Assembly (NCBI GenBank): GCA_964016885.1 | Contig: OZ024760.1 | Span: 1,488,001-1,552,000, forward strand | From: Eledone cirrhosa | Taxonomy: Eukaryota | Length of the DNA stretch: 64,000 nt | Reading direction: 5' to 3' | Shown here: in pieces, positions 13,967-26,680 of the stretch | Numbering within the stretch: position 1 is the first letter of the stretch | How the letters are laid out: the number at the start of each line of letters is the position of its first letter | Made by a program: the position numbers and the translations under genes | Notes under the pieces: model-generated | What the model saw: the letters and a program-made list of their open reading frames with translations, nothing else | Told to the model about the DNA's origin: nothing | Database searches by the model: none

Positions 13967-14513
13967 ATATATATATATACATATATATATTATATATATA
14001 TATATTTCATATATTATATACATATATTATATATATATATTACATATATTATATATACATATATATATGTATATATATATATATATATTTCATATATATA
14101 TATAATATGTTTATATACAATAAACACAAGTTGTTTGATATTTTGTGCCTATGCGTGTCTATGTATGTGTATCTGTATATGTGTCAGTATTTCTTTATAT
14201 ATCTGTATGTCTGTTGGTATATGTGGTTGTGTGTATTTGAGTCTCTGTATATTATGTGTATACATATATGTGTGTGTGTGCATGTGAGTCTGTTTATGTA
14301 CATATGTGTGTATGAGTGTGTTAAATGTGTAAGATGTGAGCTTACTATAACAAGGAGAGAAAGCAAGCAAGCAAGAGAGAGAGTGCTGAGCTAAACTGTT
14401 TATAACTGTTATTTGTTTCATTAAAAAAAATCAATGATTCGTGGCCATGCTGGAGTACTGATAGAGTATGGTTTTATTTCCTTTCTGTGTGAGTAAGAAT
14501 GATAGAGGCAATG

Positions 14514-14551
<38 letters not shown>

Positions 14552-14627
14552 CTAAGCAATTGTGGTAAGGAACCAGATGGACCATAACGCACCAGAGTAT
14601 TCAATACTTAGGGTAGTAGAGTGGGTA

Positions 14628-14750
14628 ATAGGAAAAGGTATGTCCCCGACGGCAGAGCTCAAGCCGTTTCGATGGCTATTTCTGGACTAAATTTAGTCCA
14701 GAAATAGCCGTCGAAACAGCTTGAGCTCTGCCGTCGGGGTCATACCTTTT

Positions 14751-14755
<5 letters not shown>
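14628..14755. repeat. 128-bp loop-less palindrome
   Basis: Centre ggactaaa|tttagtcc; the arms differ at about 3 positions; it abuts (TA)n. Confidence 0.93.
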
Positions 14756-14788
<33 letters not shown>

Positions 14789-15457
14789 TGTCTGTGTGTG
14801 TTAAGTATTTCTGTAGAAAAGGTAAAGGAAATAAGAGTGCTCTATATAAAGTACAGAGCTATTTAACTACATAATAAATAACACAATATAATTATTTCAT
14901 TATCCAAACGGGCTGGATATTTCTTGCAAGAATCATCTAGTTTCTTGAAATCTTCGGTAATGAAATAATTCTATTGTGTTGTTTATTATGTAAAAGTATA
15001 TATTGAGTTAAAAACTCACATTAGTCCCTTATAATCAAAGCAGCTCACAGAAAAAAATTTTCCAAACTTAATTATACCATAAAGAGAGACGAATACAGAT
15101 ATATACATATCATCATTTCATTTTATGTCTGCTTTTCCCTGCTTGCAAGGGTGGGACGGGAACTGATACTGGCTTGATTTCTACAGCTGGATGCCCTTCC
15201 TAACACCAACCTCATTTACAGTGTTCGAATTACAAGGGACAAAAACTGCAGCTTTTGACCTTTGTGATTTGAATGCATATATGTATATATCTGTGTTTGT
15301 CTCTCTTTATGGTATATATATATATATATATATACTAACAAAATTATAGATGTCATGTCTGAGAAGATCAGAAACATATGCCATACCACCTGTAGAAGCT
15401 CAAAGATTCCAAGGAATAAATCCAAACATTTATTAAAAATTAAATTAAAAGTCAATT

Positions 15458-15538
<81 letters not shown>

Positions 15539-15595
15539 GACGTAAAATAAGAAAATTTTAAAAATTAAAAATTAACTTACTTACTAAAATTTTCA

Positions 15596-15675
15596 CTCCA
15601 ACTAATTAGTTTCTGTAATGGGATAAAGATAGTTACGCAATGTAATCATCGAGAATTCATTACGTCATCAGGGAG
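15596..15675 (-). ncRNA. type-I hammerhead ribozyme with an extended stem II
   Basis: The minus strand reads ctcc-CTGATGA-cgtaatg...cattaca-GAAA-ctaattaG-TT-ggag, with stem I ctcc/ggag and palindromic stem III ACTAATTAGT. Confidence 0.72.
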
Positions 15676-15962
15676 TCTATTCTCAGCTAAGTCTCCAGGC
15701 AATGCGCGGACACTAGGGACTCATATAAAAATAATAATTCGGTGGATGGAACAGCTAGCGGGGACTGAATTCCATAGCACTGAAAAAGTTCACTGTCTCT
15801 GGTCAAATGGCAGATTCTAAAGAATCAATCACGTGACACTGAGGCTAGTCAGAAGGAGTGGGGTGGTATAATGACAAAAGCCTACTACCACTACAATGAA
15901 TTAGTAGTGGATTTGGCAAGTTTGCTCAACAGATAAATAATTTGGAGATAAATATAGAGAAT

Positions 15963-16196
15963 TAGTATATTTACCAACATATGCGTACAGATGTACACTA
16001 ATGCTAGCAAATACATAAGTTATGTCATAGTACCTAGGTGGTTCAATGCAAGAGGATGCAGAACAATTATATGAAAGACGTCTTTCATATAATTGTTCTG
16101 CATCCTTCTGCATTGAACCACCTAGGTACTATGACATAACTTATGTATTTGCTAGCATTAGTGTACATCTGTACGCATATGTTGGTAAATATACTA
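15963..16196. repeat. 234-bp loop-less near-perfect palindrome
   Basis: Centre AAAGAC|GTCTTT at 16079/16080. The arms are identical except for a 2-nt swap, and the ORF track shows the same peptide on both strands. Confidence 0.95.
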
Positions 16197-16200
16197 TATC

Positions 16201-16235
<35 letters not shown>

Positions 16236-16595
16236 CTGATGGTAGCTAAGATGCTTCCATAGGCGGTATGCCGGTTGCGCACTCTATGCTCTTACAGAAT
16301 CAGACAGATCCACACAATGATCACGTCTCAAGCTGTCCGCCGGCGAAACAATTGTAACACACAATAAATTGAGTTCAGATGCATCACTGATTTTTCGTAT
16401 TATATATATATATTGGTAAACGGAATAGAAAATGCTGACAAATTGTTCACAGTTGAAAAATGGTTTAATTAGGAATAAAAGAGTATTAGTGATTGTATGG
16501 GTTAGTATTCAGTTGTGTTTTTAAGTTTTTACCGGTTGCGCATTTCTAAATGCTTTTCAAAAATAATTTTGAGATAGAGTGTCCGTGCTGTTTGC

Positions 16596-16651
<56 letters not shown>

Positions 16652-18272
16652 CACACACATAAAATAAACATATCAAACATTGACAGGGGATAATTTGTAA
16701 AGAGTGTAATAACACATAGTTAGAGGTAGCATATTAAAATTAAACGAGGTTTTTGAATATAGATACCTTGCAATAATGATTATTGTCCTTTGTTATATTT
16801 CATTAAAGAAATATATTTCACCATTAATTAGTGATTCATAGATATTTAATCGTGGAACATCAGCAAAGGAGAGGATTGGATAAACCATAGTGAAGGCCAG
16901 ACTGGAAACTTTATAGTTTTAATTCTGTGTAAACGCTATACATATTTCAATGGCCTGGCTGCTTATCTAAATATAATGCAAGACCGAGGAGATATCATCA
17001 GGTGTTAATATTTCAGATGGTGTAATTGGACCAGTGGTGAAGAGGAAGCTTTCTGGAAAATTCCTGATGATATAGTAGATAGGTTCTTGGGAATATTGTG
17101 TTGGTGGTGGTGGTGGTGATGGTACTGGTGTTGTTTATGGTGATGGTGATGGTGACTCTGCTGGTAGTGGGAATTATGGTAATGATTGTGATGCTGATGT
17201 TGGTGGTGATGGTGGTGCTAGTGATGGAAGTAGTGGTAGTGAGTGTGTTCATAGTGATTGTATTGGTGATGGTGATTGTTGCTTCAATCCTTGGAAGATA
17301 AATATTCTAGCTTGTGTGTATGGATAGGGCGAGGTGGGGGTGTTACTATAAACTGGATCAGAGAGAGAGAGAGAGAGAACTGGAATACATGATATGGTTG
17401 TTGGTGGTGCTGTGGTTGTAGTAGTTAAAGTTTATGATGGTTGTGATGATGATAGCTGTACTGGTTATAGTGGTTGGTGGTGGGGTGTCTCTGTTATTCT
17501 AACTGGTCCCACACCACCACCACCATCATATACTTTCACTACTACCACCACTACCACTACCATCACTGCTACAAACCACACCACCACCTCCACTACCACC
17601 AACCACTATAACCAGCACAGCTATCATCATCACAACCATCATATACTTTTACTACTACCACCACCACATAGACCACTGCTACTACCACCACTACCACATC
17701 ATAGACCATCACCATTGCCACCACCACTACTACTATCACCACCACCACTACGACTACCACCACATCATATACCACTGCTACCACCACCACCACATCATAG
17801 ACCACTGCTACTACCACCACTGCCATCACCACTACTACTACCACCACCACCACCACCACCACATAGACCACTGCTACTACCACCACCGCCCCACGCCACC
17901 CTCTTTGTTCCTATGAGCTGAAGGGGAACAACTTCTGACCTTTTGTCCCATTAATCTTCCACTGACCTCTCTCACCTCACCCCACCCCACCACCACCTCC
18001 TCTCTCTTTCCTTTATTGTCAGATATCAGGAGGATAGATAGATAGATAGAGAGAGAGAGAAAGAGGGGGGAGGGGCAGAAGAGATAGATGATCAGTGAGT
18101 AGAAGGGGGAGGAGGTACTGTCAGCAGGTGATTTATTCTTGTTTAGGTCTCTCTCCATATATATATATATCATTTCATTATATATATATATGAAAGTCCT
18201 TTACTCCATTGCTTTACTTGATATATATATAGTGGTAATCAAAGTGTGTATACATTTTTGGGGGACACCCTA

Positions 18273-18328
<56 letters not shown>

Positions 18329-18330
<2 letters not shown>

Positions 18331-18418
18331 GGATGTCCCTAAAAATAATTACCTGTACAGGCAATATTTATTAGAATGCACATCCTTTGTGTATATCTAT
18401 TTTTTAGGGGACACCCTG
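18329..18418. mobile_element. tiny Tc1/mariner-type MITE
   Basis: Inverted ends caggatgtccctaaaaata and tatttttaggggacaccctg|ta, with a lone matching end at about 18255-18272. Confidence 0.55.
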
Positions 18419-19096
18419 TATATATCGTGTGAAATACATGGATGGCAAACTTAGGATACATCTTCCTAGGTTCTCGGAGTTTCCCTGAAGTTGATTTTAC
18501 TTCATCAATTCAACAGCTATGATGGGGAAATTCGGAATACCTATAAGTTATATATACCAGTTTGTCATAAACACTTGCACATACATACTAACTTTAACAT
18601 AGAGACACATATCTGGTATACACAGAACCAGTTTGGTATAGGCAGGACATGGTCACCTGATCTGGCTTGTCTCACCACAGAACAACTCGTCTAACCCATG
18701 CTAGCATGGAAAAATGGACGTTAAACAGTGATGATATATATATCCTGGTATGTTTATATGCATTTTTTCTTCTAACTTTAATTTTATACCTAATTGTGTA
18801 TGGTTGACGATATATTTAATCGATTCCCACGTGCTATTGAAATGTTGGGTAAATATTCTATAGCTGTTGATCATGAATAGATGGCTGTCGTTTATTTATC
18901 TATTATTTCTTCATAGGTGCCTTTTAATCTTATAGCCTGGTTTAATTGTTTTTTTTGTGTGGTTGATTATGCTAATTGGGAGAGGAAATAGTGTATATAT
19001 CTTATCATGATTCTATGGACATAATTTATAGTATATATATATATAATCATCACTGTTTAATGTCCATGTGTATATATTTATACACACATACATACA

Positions 19097-19755
19097 CATG
19101 AGTGTTGGAAAAATTCCTGGCTTTGAGTAAAAGAAAATACAGGACGATCAGTTAATTATGATTTTATTCAACATATTTTTCTCTCAGATTCACACACTTA
19201 TTACACTGAGACTCACTCAGATGGTGGATGGGTGCTACACAGGAATGCTGAGGATGGCTCTGAACATTAATTAGTATACACTAATGATGAAGAACTCAGA
19301 GCTGTTACGGGAGCCTCCCAAACGTCAACTCGAAAGTAACACAGTGGAGACTGGGGTCAGCTGGACATGTTCACCAACATTCAGAGTTGACACTGCGTTC
19401 AATGCTCCTGTGGGAGCCCCCTACATGGGAAGAGGGAGACTGGGGTTAGCTGGACACGTTCACCAACATTCAGAGTTGACACTGCGTTCAGTTCTCCTGT
19501 GGGAGCCCCCTACACGGGAAGAGGGAGACCAAGGATGGCATATGTTGATGTCACAAGGGCAGACACTGGTCTGTGTGAGATGCAGGACATGGTGACGATG
19601 ATGAAGGGCAGAGACTGCTGGAGAGAACTTGTCCGTGGATCTTGGGAATTTTACCTGCTCTAGATAGATTGCACAGGTCCTTCAGTTTTTCTAAGCCCTC
19701 CAACCATGCCTCTGTATCAGCAATCAAGCCAGGAACTTTTCAACCACACCTCATA
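19097..19755. mobile_element. mariner-like MITE interrupted by a LINE 3' fragment
   Basis: Degenerate TIRs tgttggaaaaattcctggctt and aagccaggaactttt...acacctcata, with the LINE fragment 19205-19665 nested inside. Confidence 0.6.
19205..19665 (+). mobile_element. RTE/RTEX-like LINE 3' fragment with an internal duplication of about 90 bp
   Basis: Translates to GCYTGMLRMALNI, LGLAGHVHQHSELTLRSVLLWEP; homologous to the minus-strand copy at 42003-42300. Confidence 0.7.
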
Positions 19756-20688
19756 TATACGCAATTTCCACATGGGTTGATTGCTCTTTGCATTCTTTTG
19801 TTTGTACTCGCACCGGTAGATTCTTATGACGTCATCAGTCCAGATGATAATTTAACCCATTAACATTTACATTACTCTATATATACTATCATATTTTCAT
19901 CGTAAAGGCTTTACCTCATATATCGAATCTGTGAGATTTTGATATTATTTATTTTGAGAATAATACCTTAACATCAGTATGAGCAGCCAGTTACAGCCAG
20001 TTTGAATAGAAAGAAGTGAGAGAGTTCTGGCCGGATACGGCTGGTATAAATACTAAAGGATTAAACCCAATTTCTCCCTCATTTCATCCAGGCTCTGCCT
20101 TCCTCTCACATTTACATTGCACATCCAATGTGAAATAAATAGTCTTACTCAAGGACACAATGAGCCCAGGAATCGATCTCATGATCTTACGATCATGAAT
20201 CAAACAGCCTAACCACTAAGCCACAAACTGTCACAATACCAGTGATATGCTGTGGTTAATAATATACACATTGCAGGAATCCAATGTTTGTAATATAGAA
20301 TCATTGTGACAGGTCAATTAACCCTTCAACATTTAAATTACTCTATATATACTATTATATTTCATGGTAAAGGCTTTATCTTACATAATTATCTCACATA
20401 ATATCGAATCTATGAGATTTTGATGATATTTATTTTGAGAACAATACCTTAACATCAATATGAGTGGCCAGTTACAGCCAATTTGAACAGAAAGAGGTGA
20501 GAGAATTCTGGCGGGATATGGCCAGTTTGAATGCATTTTTTATTTTTTTTATTTATCAATATATTGTGGCATTGATTTGCAATAATAATAATAATATATA
20601 ATTTATGTTTTGTGTCTTTTACTGTTGTCCTCGTTTGTACCGATTCTTCTGTGCTGTTCTACAGTTTAGTTTTCCATTTGTGTTAGAT

Positions 20689-21251
20689 CAGAGGTTCTCA
20701 ACGAGGGCGCTACCACCACACTGGGCATTGAGAAGGTCCTAGAAGAGCAGTGAGGCCTAATGGGGTGGTAGAGATGATATAATAGTATATTAAATATCAA
20801 ATGATACATATTATATATATATATATAGTAAAATAAAAAATATATATTTATTCATCACTTTAGCATTTACACTACTCTATATTTACTATTGTATATTCGC
20901 AGTAAAGGCTTTACCTCACATAATTATTCCACTTAATATTGAATCTATGAGATTTTGATACTATTTATTTTGAGAACAATACCTTAACATCAGTATGAGT
21001 GGCCAGTCACAGCCGGTTTGAACGGAAAGAGGTGAAAGAGTTCTGGCCAGATTTGTCCAGTTTAAATGCTAAAGGGTTATACATAGTATATATTATATAA
21101 TTTATTATATATAAATTACTGATTTTATTTCTTATATATTATTTACAATTTGCATGTAGGCAGGTCTCTCTGGAAGTAGGGGCGGGGTGTGCACTGAGGG
21201 TATTATGAGACCGTGAGGGGCGCGGTGGCCCAAAAAGTTTGAGAACCTCTG
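20689..21251. mobile_element. hAT (Charlie-like) MITE with a perfect 8-bp TSD and a nested piggyBac-like MITE
   Basis: TIRs CAGAGGTTCTCAA and TTGAGAACCTCTG, with TGTTAGAT duplicated at 20681-20688 and 21252-21259. Confidence 0.88.
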
Positions 21252-22085
21252 TGTTAGATAATTCCTATGTTCCAAGGGCTCGTACTTCTTTCCCTGTGTG
21301 TCTAATGTAGTCTGCTCCCATCTATGTTTTTTCTCTCAGGGGTCTTAGTAAATTGGACTGTGGCCATGCTGGGGCACTTTGTGTTAAAATGATTCCTGTG
21401 TTGTTCATTTGTCGAAGGACTCGTACCTGTTTCCCTGTGTGTCTAATGTAGCCTGCTCCCATCTATGTTTTTTCTCTAAAGGATTGTTGCCTTAGTAATT
21501 GGACTGTGGCCATGCTGAGGCACTAGCTTTGTTTGTGTTAAAATGTTTCCTGTGCTGTTCATTTGTCCAAGGTCTTGTACCTCCTTCCCTGTGTGTTTAA
21601 TGTGGCCTTGCTCCCATCTGTTATTTTTTGTTTTTTTTCTGTCAAGGAATTACAGCCTTAGTCATAGAACTGTGACCATTCTGGGGCACTAGCTTTGTGT
21701 TAGAATTATTTCTTTGTTATTCTTTTTGTCCGAGGGCTTGCACCTCTTTCCCTGTGTGTTTAATATGTTTTTCTTGTTTCAATGAATTACAGCCTTAGTC
21801 ATGGGACTGTGACCATACTGGGGCACCGACTTTGTGTTAGAATGATTTCTTGTGTTGTCCTTTTGTCCATTCCTGTGTTGTTCTTCTGTCCAAGGGCTTG
21901 CTCCTCCTTCCCTGTATGTTCAATGTGGCCTGCTCCCATCTGTGTTCTTTCAACGAATTACAGCCTTACAGTCATTGCGACTGTGGCCATGCTGGGGCAC
22001 CGACTTTTGTGTTGTTCTTCTGCTGCCAAAGGCTCCGACTGACTTCCTTCCCCTGTGTGTTTAATGCGGCCTGCTCCCATCACTT
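21252..22085. repeat. degenerate tandem repeat of about 120-150 bp
   Basis: Recurring actgtggccatgctggggcac and ttccctgtgtgtttaatg motifs. The first motif is reiterated at about 51600-52030. Confidence 0.75.
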
Positions 22086-22119
22086 GACTGACAGGAAACC
22101 ACACCTTATTTTGTTGTAG

Positions 22120-22215
22120 ATGTCCGAGTAGATTCTGATCACTTCCCTATAGTGGGTGAATTTAAAGGGATGTTGGTTGCGGATGACTCAGAGATTGAAA
22201 ATCATCCTGTCAATG
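22120..22215 (+). CDS. eya: candidate additional or cassette eya exon (phase 1 to 1, 96 nt), (N)VRVDSDHFPIVGEFKGMLVADDSEIENHPVN(G)
   Basis: cttattttgttgtAG acceptor and AATG|gtaact donor. Stop-free in the frame set by the flanking phase-1 exons; unique sequence amid repeats. I recognise no EYA homology in it. Confidence 0.45.
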
Positions 22216-22229
22216 GTAACTATGGACAA

Positions 22230-22261
<32 letters not shown>

Positions 22262-22503
22262 TGATAATGATAAAAAAAAAAAGAAAAATGTCTTCAGCTG
22301 TTGTGATTCCTTCCCTCCTCTCTCTCTCTTTTTATTTTTGTTTCTTTCATGCATGCATGTGTAAATATGTATATATATATGTATATATGTGTGTGTGTGT
22401 GTATATATACATAAATGTGTGTGTGTGTATATGTATATATGTGTTTATATATATATATATATATAGATGTGTGTGTAAATATATATTTGTGTGTGTGTGT
22501 ATA

Positions 22504-23224
22504 CAGGGTGCGGACGATATTTGTTCGCAAGATTACTGTCTAGGAAAAAATAACACAGTAGTTTTATTTTTTAAGATTTATTTATCAAACTTGGGTCAGT
22601 TTGTCTTCATGACTTGTTCTTTTGATCTCACTCGATAAACCCGCCATTGGCTTTGATGACAGCCTCAAGGCGGCCTCGGAACCGGCTACAGGCCTTCGTC
22701 ACTGTCCCCCGACTTAGATCCTTAAAGGCACTTGTGATCCTGGCCTTCAGATCGTCTTTCGTATTGCAACTAAATCTGTTGGTGTCTCGTTCCACTGCGC
22801 CCCACACAAAGAAGTCGAGGGGGTTGCAGTCAGGCGAGCTGGGAGGCCAGATGTCAGGTGAAGTGTGGTCGACGAAGTTCTCAGGGAAGAAGTGAGGTGG
22901 CATGACAACACTTAAGACCAATGTTGTCGCTGGAAACTTTGTCTGCATGACTCTGGGCACGTCTTTGGATGAGACAGCGAGCCACCTGTTGTTCTGGGAG
23001 TTGATCTTCTGGTCCTTATTTGTCCTCTCGGCACGGATTCCAAGAAGAACTCCATGTCTCTTCCACAAATTTGGAGGTTCAAAATTATTCATAATCAATT
23101 GTTCTGAAAATAAATAATGGAAATATATCATTGTTTTTATGATGACAAGAGTGACAACGGAAGTAAAACAAATTTGCATAAAATTAGCAGTTGAAAATTG
23201 CGAACAAATATCGTCCACACCCTG
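22504..23224 (-). mobile_element. internally deleted Tc1/mariner-superfamily transposon (maT/DD37D-like)
   Basis: TIRs CAGGGTG(C/T)GGACGATATTTGTTCGCAA at both ends with TA flanks. The minus-strand ORF carries WPPSSPDCNPLDFFVWG and C..FRGRLEAVIKANGGFIE, the transposase C-terminus. Confidence 0.9.
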
Positions 23225-24086
23225 TATATGTACGTATATATACATGTGTATATTCGATAAAGCATGTATATAGAGAGGCGTAACTGTAATTTGGTGTGTT
23301 AAATTCATGTGGAAAATACTAGTGAAAATAAACTACCAGAATATAATATACATACACACCCTTAATGTATACATACATATATACACCATTAGTTATTTAA
23401 TATATACATATACACCCATATTTATTGATTTATGATATAGGGATATGGTCTCAAAGTTTGCTATACATATGATTATTTCATTGTTAAGCCTGTAGAATTC
23501 CATTTAACCCCAAGGAAAATGGGACATTCATGACAAGAATGCTTATCTAGTCAAGGGAACCTACATGGCCTTTTGAATGACTAGAAATAGCAGCCACACC
23601 TCCTTTAACCCATTCACATTATATATACTGTTGTATTTTTATGGTAAACGCTTTATCCCACATAATATCAAATCTATATGAGATTTTGATGTTATTTATT
23701 TTGAGAACAATACCCTAACATAAGTATAAGTAGCAAGTTATGATTGGTTTGAATAGAAAGAGGTGATAGAATTCTGGGTTAAATGGTGATGATGATGATG
23801 ATGATTCAGAGTGAATCAGAATGTGACAAGGATGGCTTTCGAATTACAGGTATGACTCATTTTTGCCAGCTGAGTGGACTAGTGCAACATGAAATAAAGT
23901 GTCTTGCTCAAGGACACAGTGCTCTGCCGGAAATCGAACTCATGCCCTTACAATCTTGAGCTGAATACCTTAACCACAAAGTCGGGTGTCTTAATGTATT
24001 AGGGATACATTAACATAAAAAGGGTTAAGGAAATATTTACAAAACCTGTTCATTTCATATATCCACAAATTTAGTATGAGTTAGAA

Positions 24087-24400
24087 CAGAGGTGCTACTG
24101 CCCCTTGGGGCCAGCCAGAAGGTCCAAGGGGCGCTGGGGTCTTAGGTGGCAGTAGAGATGATATAATAGTAGATTAAATATCAAATGATACACATTATAT
24201 ATAAATATAGTAAAATAAAAAATATATAATATTTATTTATACATAGTATTAATTATTTATTATATATATAAATTAACGATTTTATTTATTATATATAATT
24301 TACAATTTGTGTGTAGGCAGGTCTGTTTAGAAATAGGGGTGCAGGGCGCTGAAGGTATTATGTAGGGATGGGGATGGACCAGAAAGTCTCAGAACCTCTG
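24087..24400. mobile_element. second copy of the hAT MITE, without the nested insertion
   Basis: Colinear with 20689-21251 (agagatgatataatagt..., taggcaggtct..., gaacctctg) and lacks the roughly 220-bp insert. Confidence 0.75.
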
Positions 24401-24640
24401 GGGTAGATGAACCTACCAAAAGTTTGGTTAGTTAAGAGCAGGGGCATGAACTACTGTCAGAAAGCTTCAAATTTATTTATTCACCCTCACTGACTCTCTA
24501 TTAATTATTTATTAATAATTGTTAAATAAGAAAGGAAGGATGTTTACGTTTCTGTTGGATTCAAGCTGTGTATATATTTTTACTTGTTAAACTGAAATGT
24601 GAATTAAACTTAACATGCCAAATTGTGGGGCCTGCCATGT

Positions 24641-24678
<38 letters not shown>

Positions 24679-24836
24679 GAATATATATGTATACATATAT
24701 ACATGTAAAGTTATATTTAAAATTGTTGGGTTACAACTAGTAAATATTTATAACTGATATAAAAGCACTCGACAAATATTTGGAGTATATTTACAATATT
24801 AAATAAATGGAAAACTATATTTATAAAACCATATTT

Positions 24837-24900
24837 ATTTCATTATATATATTTCGGGGATATCATATTAACAATATGCTATGCCTTCATCAGACAAAAT
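24837..24900 (-). ncRNA. hammerhead ribozyme, left arm of the 375-bp palindrome
   Basis: Exact reverse complement of 25058-25121. Confidence 0.7.
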
Positions 24901-25057
24901 ACAATATAAACAGTTTTATAGATAAATATATTCGACATACCGTAATAAACATCAACGTCATTTGAAGAGGTTTACTCTAGCAGTAAACCTCTTCAAATGA
25001 AGTTGATGTTTATTACGGTATGTCGAATATATTTATCTATAAAACTGTTTATATTGT

Positions 25058-25121
25058 ATTTTGTCTGATGAAGGCATAGCATATTGTTAATATGATATCC
25101 CCGAAATATATATAATGAAAT
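25058..25121 (+). ncRNA. hammerhead ribozyme, right arm of the 375-bp palindrome
   Basis: attttgt-CTGATGA-aggcatagcatattgttaatatgatatcccc-GAAA-tatata-TA-atgaaat; same family as 11731-11794. Confidence 0.7.
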
Positions 25122-25290
25122 AAATATGGTTTTATAAATATAGTTTTCCATTTATTTAATATTGTATACATATATATATATATATATATACATGAATATA
25201 TATGTATACATATATGTATATATATATATATGCATATGTATGTATATGTATATATGTGTGTTTATATAAATTGTTATATGCATAAATATG

Positions 25291-25323
<33 letters not shown>

Positions 25324-26060
25324 TTATGTATATATGTGTGTTTATATACATATATGTGTATATATATTTATTTATATATATATGATGATGATATATATAT
25401 ACACACACACACACACACATACATATGTATATATATATATATACATATGTGTATTTATGTATATATCTATATATACATATATGTGTATATATATTTATTA
25501 ATATATATATATATATATGGTGATGATGATATATATATACACACACACATACATATGTATATATATATATACATATGTGTATTTATATATATATATATAT
25601 ATACATATGTGTATTTATGTATATATAGATATATACATATGTGTATATACAATATATATATATAAACACAGACATACACATGTATGTATATATCTATATA
25701 TACATAGATCCGTGAAGGTAAATATTTTTTCAAGAAGTATTCCTGTATGATATGAACACTTATTCAAGATGTGTGTAAACAATCAGAAAAATTTGTCTTT
25801 AAGAGTCAGAAGGAATGGTGGGTGGTGGCTGGATGTCGTGTGGGGTGGAATGGTGGGACAGGGGGTTAAGAAAACAACTTAGACATAATTCTTCAAATAT
25901 CTAGAAATTTCCTACTAATTTGCCTCCGTAAGCATGCATGCACACACTTACACACATAAACTCATACATACACACACGGTAAAATTATGGCTTGTACGAT
26001 GCCCAAACCTGTTAAGATTTGGAAAGTTTTTCTACAGAAAATGGGTTATTTAATTGATGT

Positions 26061-26680
26061 TTAACCCTTTAGCATTTACATTACTCTATATTTACTATTA
26101 TAGTTTCTTGGTAAAGGCTTTACCTTACATAATTATCTCACATAATATCGAATCTATGAGATGTTGATATTATCTATTTTGAGAACAATACCTTAACATA
26201 AGTATGAGTGGCTGGTTACGGCCGGTTTGAACAGACAGAAAGTGGTGAGAGAATTCTGGCCGGTTTAAATACTAAAGGGTTAACCCTTTAGTATTTACGT
26301 TACTCTATATTTACTATTGTATTTTCATAGTAAAGGCTTTACTTCACATAATATCAAATCTATGAGATATTGATATTATTTATTTTGAGAACAATACCTT
26401 AACACAAGTATGAGTGGCTGATTACGGCCGGTTTGAACAGAAAGAGGTGAGAGAATTCTGGCTGGATAGCATTTAAACCGGCTTTATTCGGCCAGAATTC
26501 TCTCACCTCTTTCTGTTCAAACTGGCTGTTCATACTAATGTTAAGGCATTGTTCTCAAAATAAATAATATAAATTCGATATTACGTGAGATATTATGTGA
26601 AATATTATGTGAGATAATTAAAGCCATTACCATGAAAATATAATAGTATATTTAGAGCAATGTAAATGCTAAAGGGTTAA
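26061..26680. mobile_element. cluster of three piggyBac-like MITE copies (two direct, one inverted)
   Basis: ttaaccctttagcatttac at 26061, a shared gggttaaccc junction at about 26280 and an inverted copy ending gctaaagggttaa at 26680. Confidence 0.8.

Larger units (their letters stand above)
24792..25166. repeat. 375-bp near-perfect palindrome (185-bp arms, 5-nt loop) carrying two hammerheads
   Basis: Centre tttgaagaggtttact-ctagc-agtaaacctcttcaaa. The arm ends tacaatattaaataaatgg and ccatttatttaatattgta are symmetric. Confidence 0.95.
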
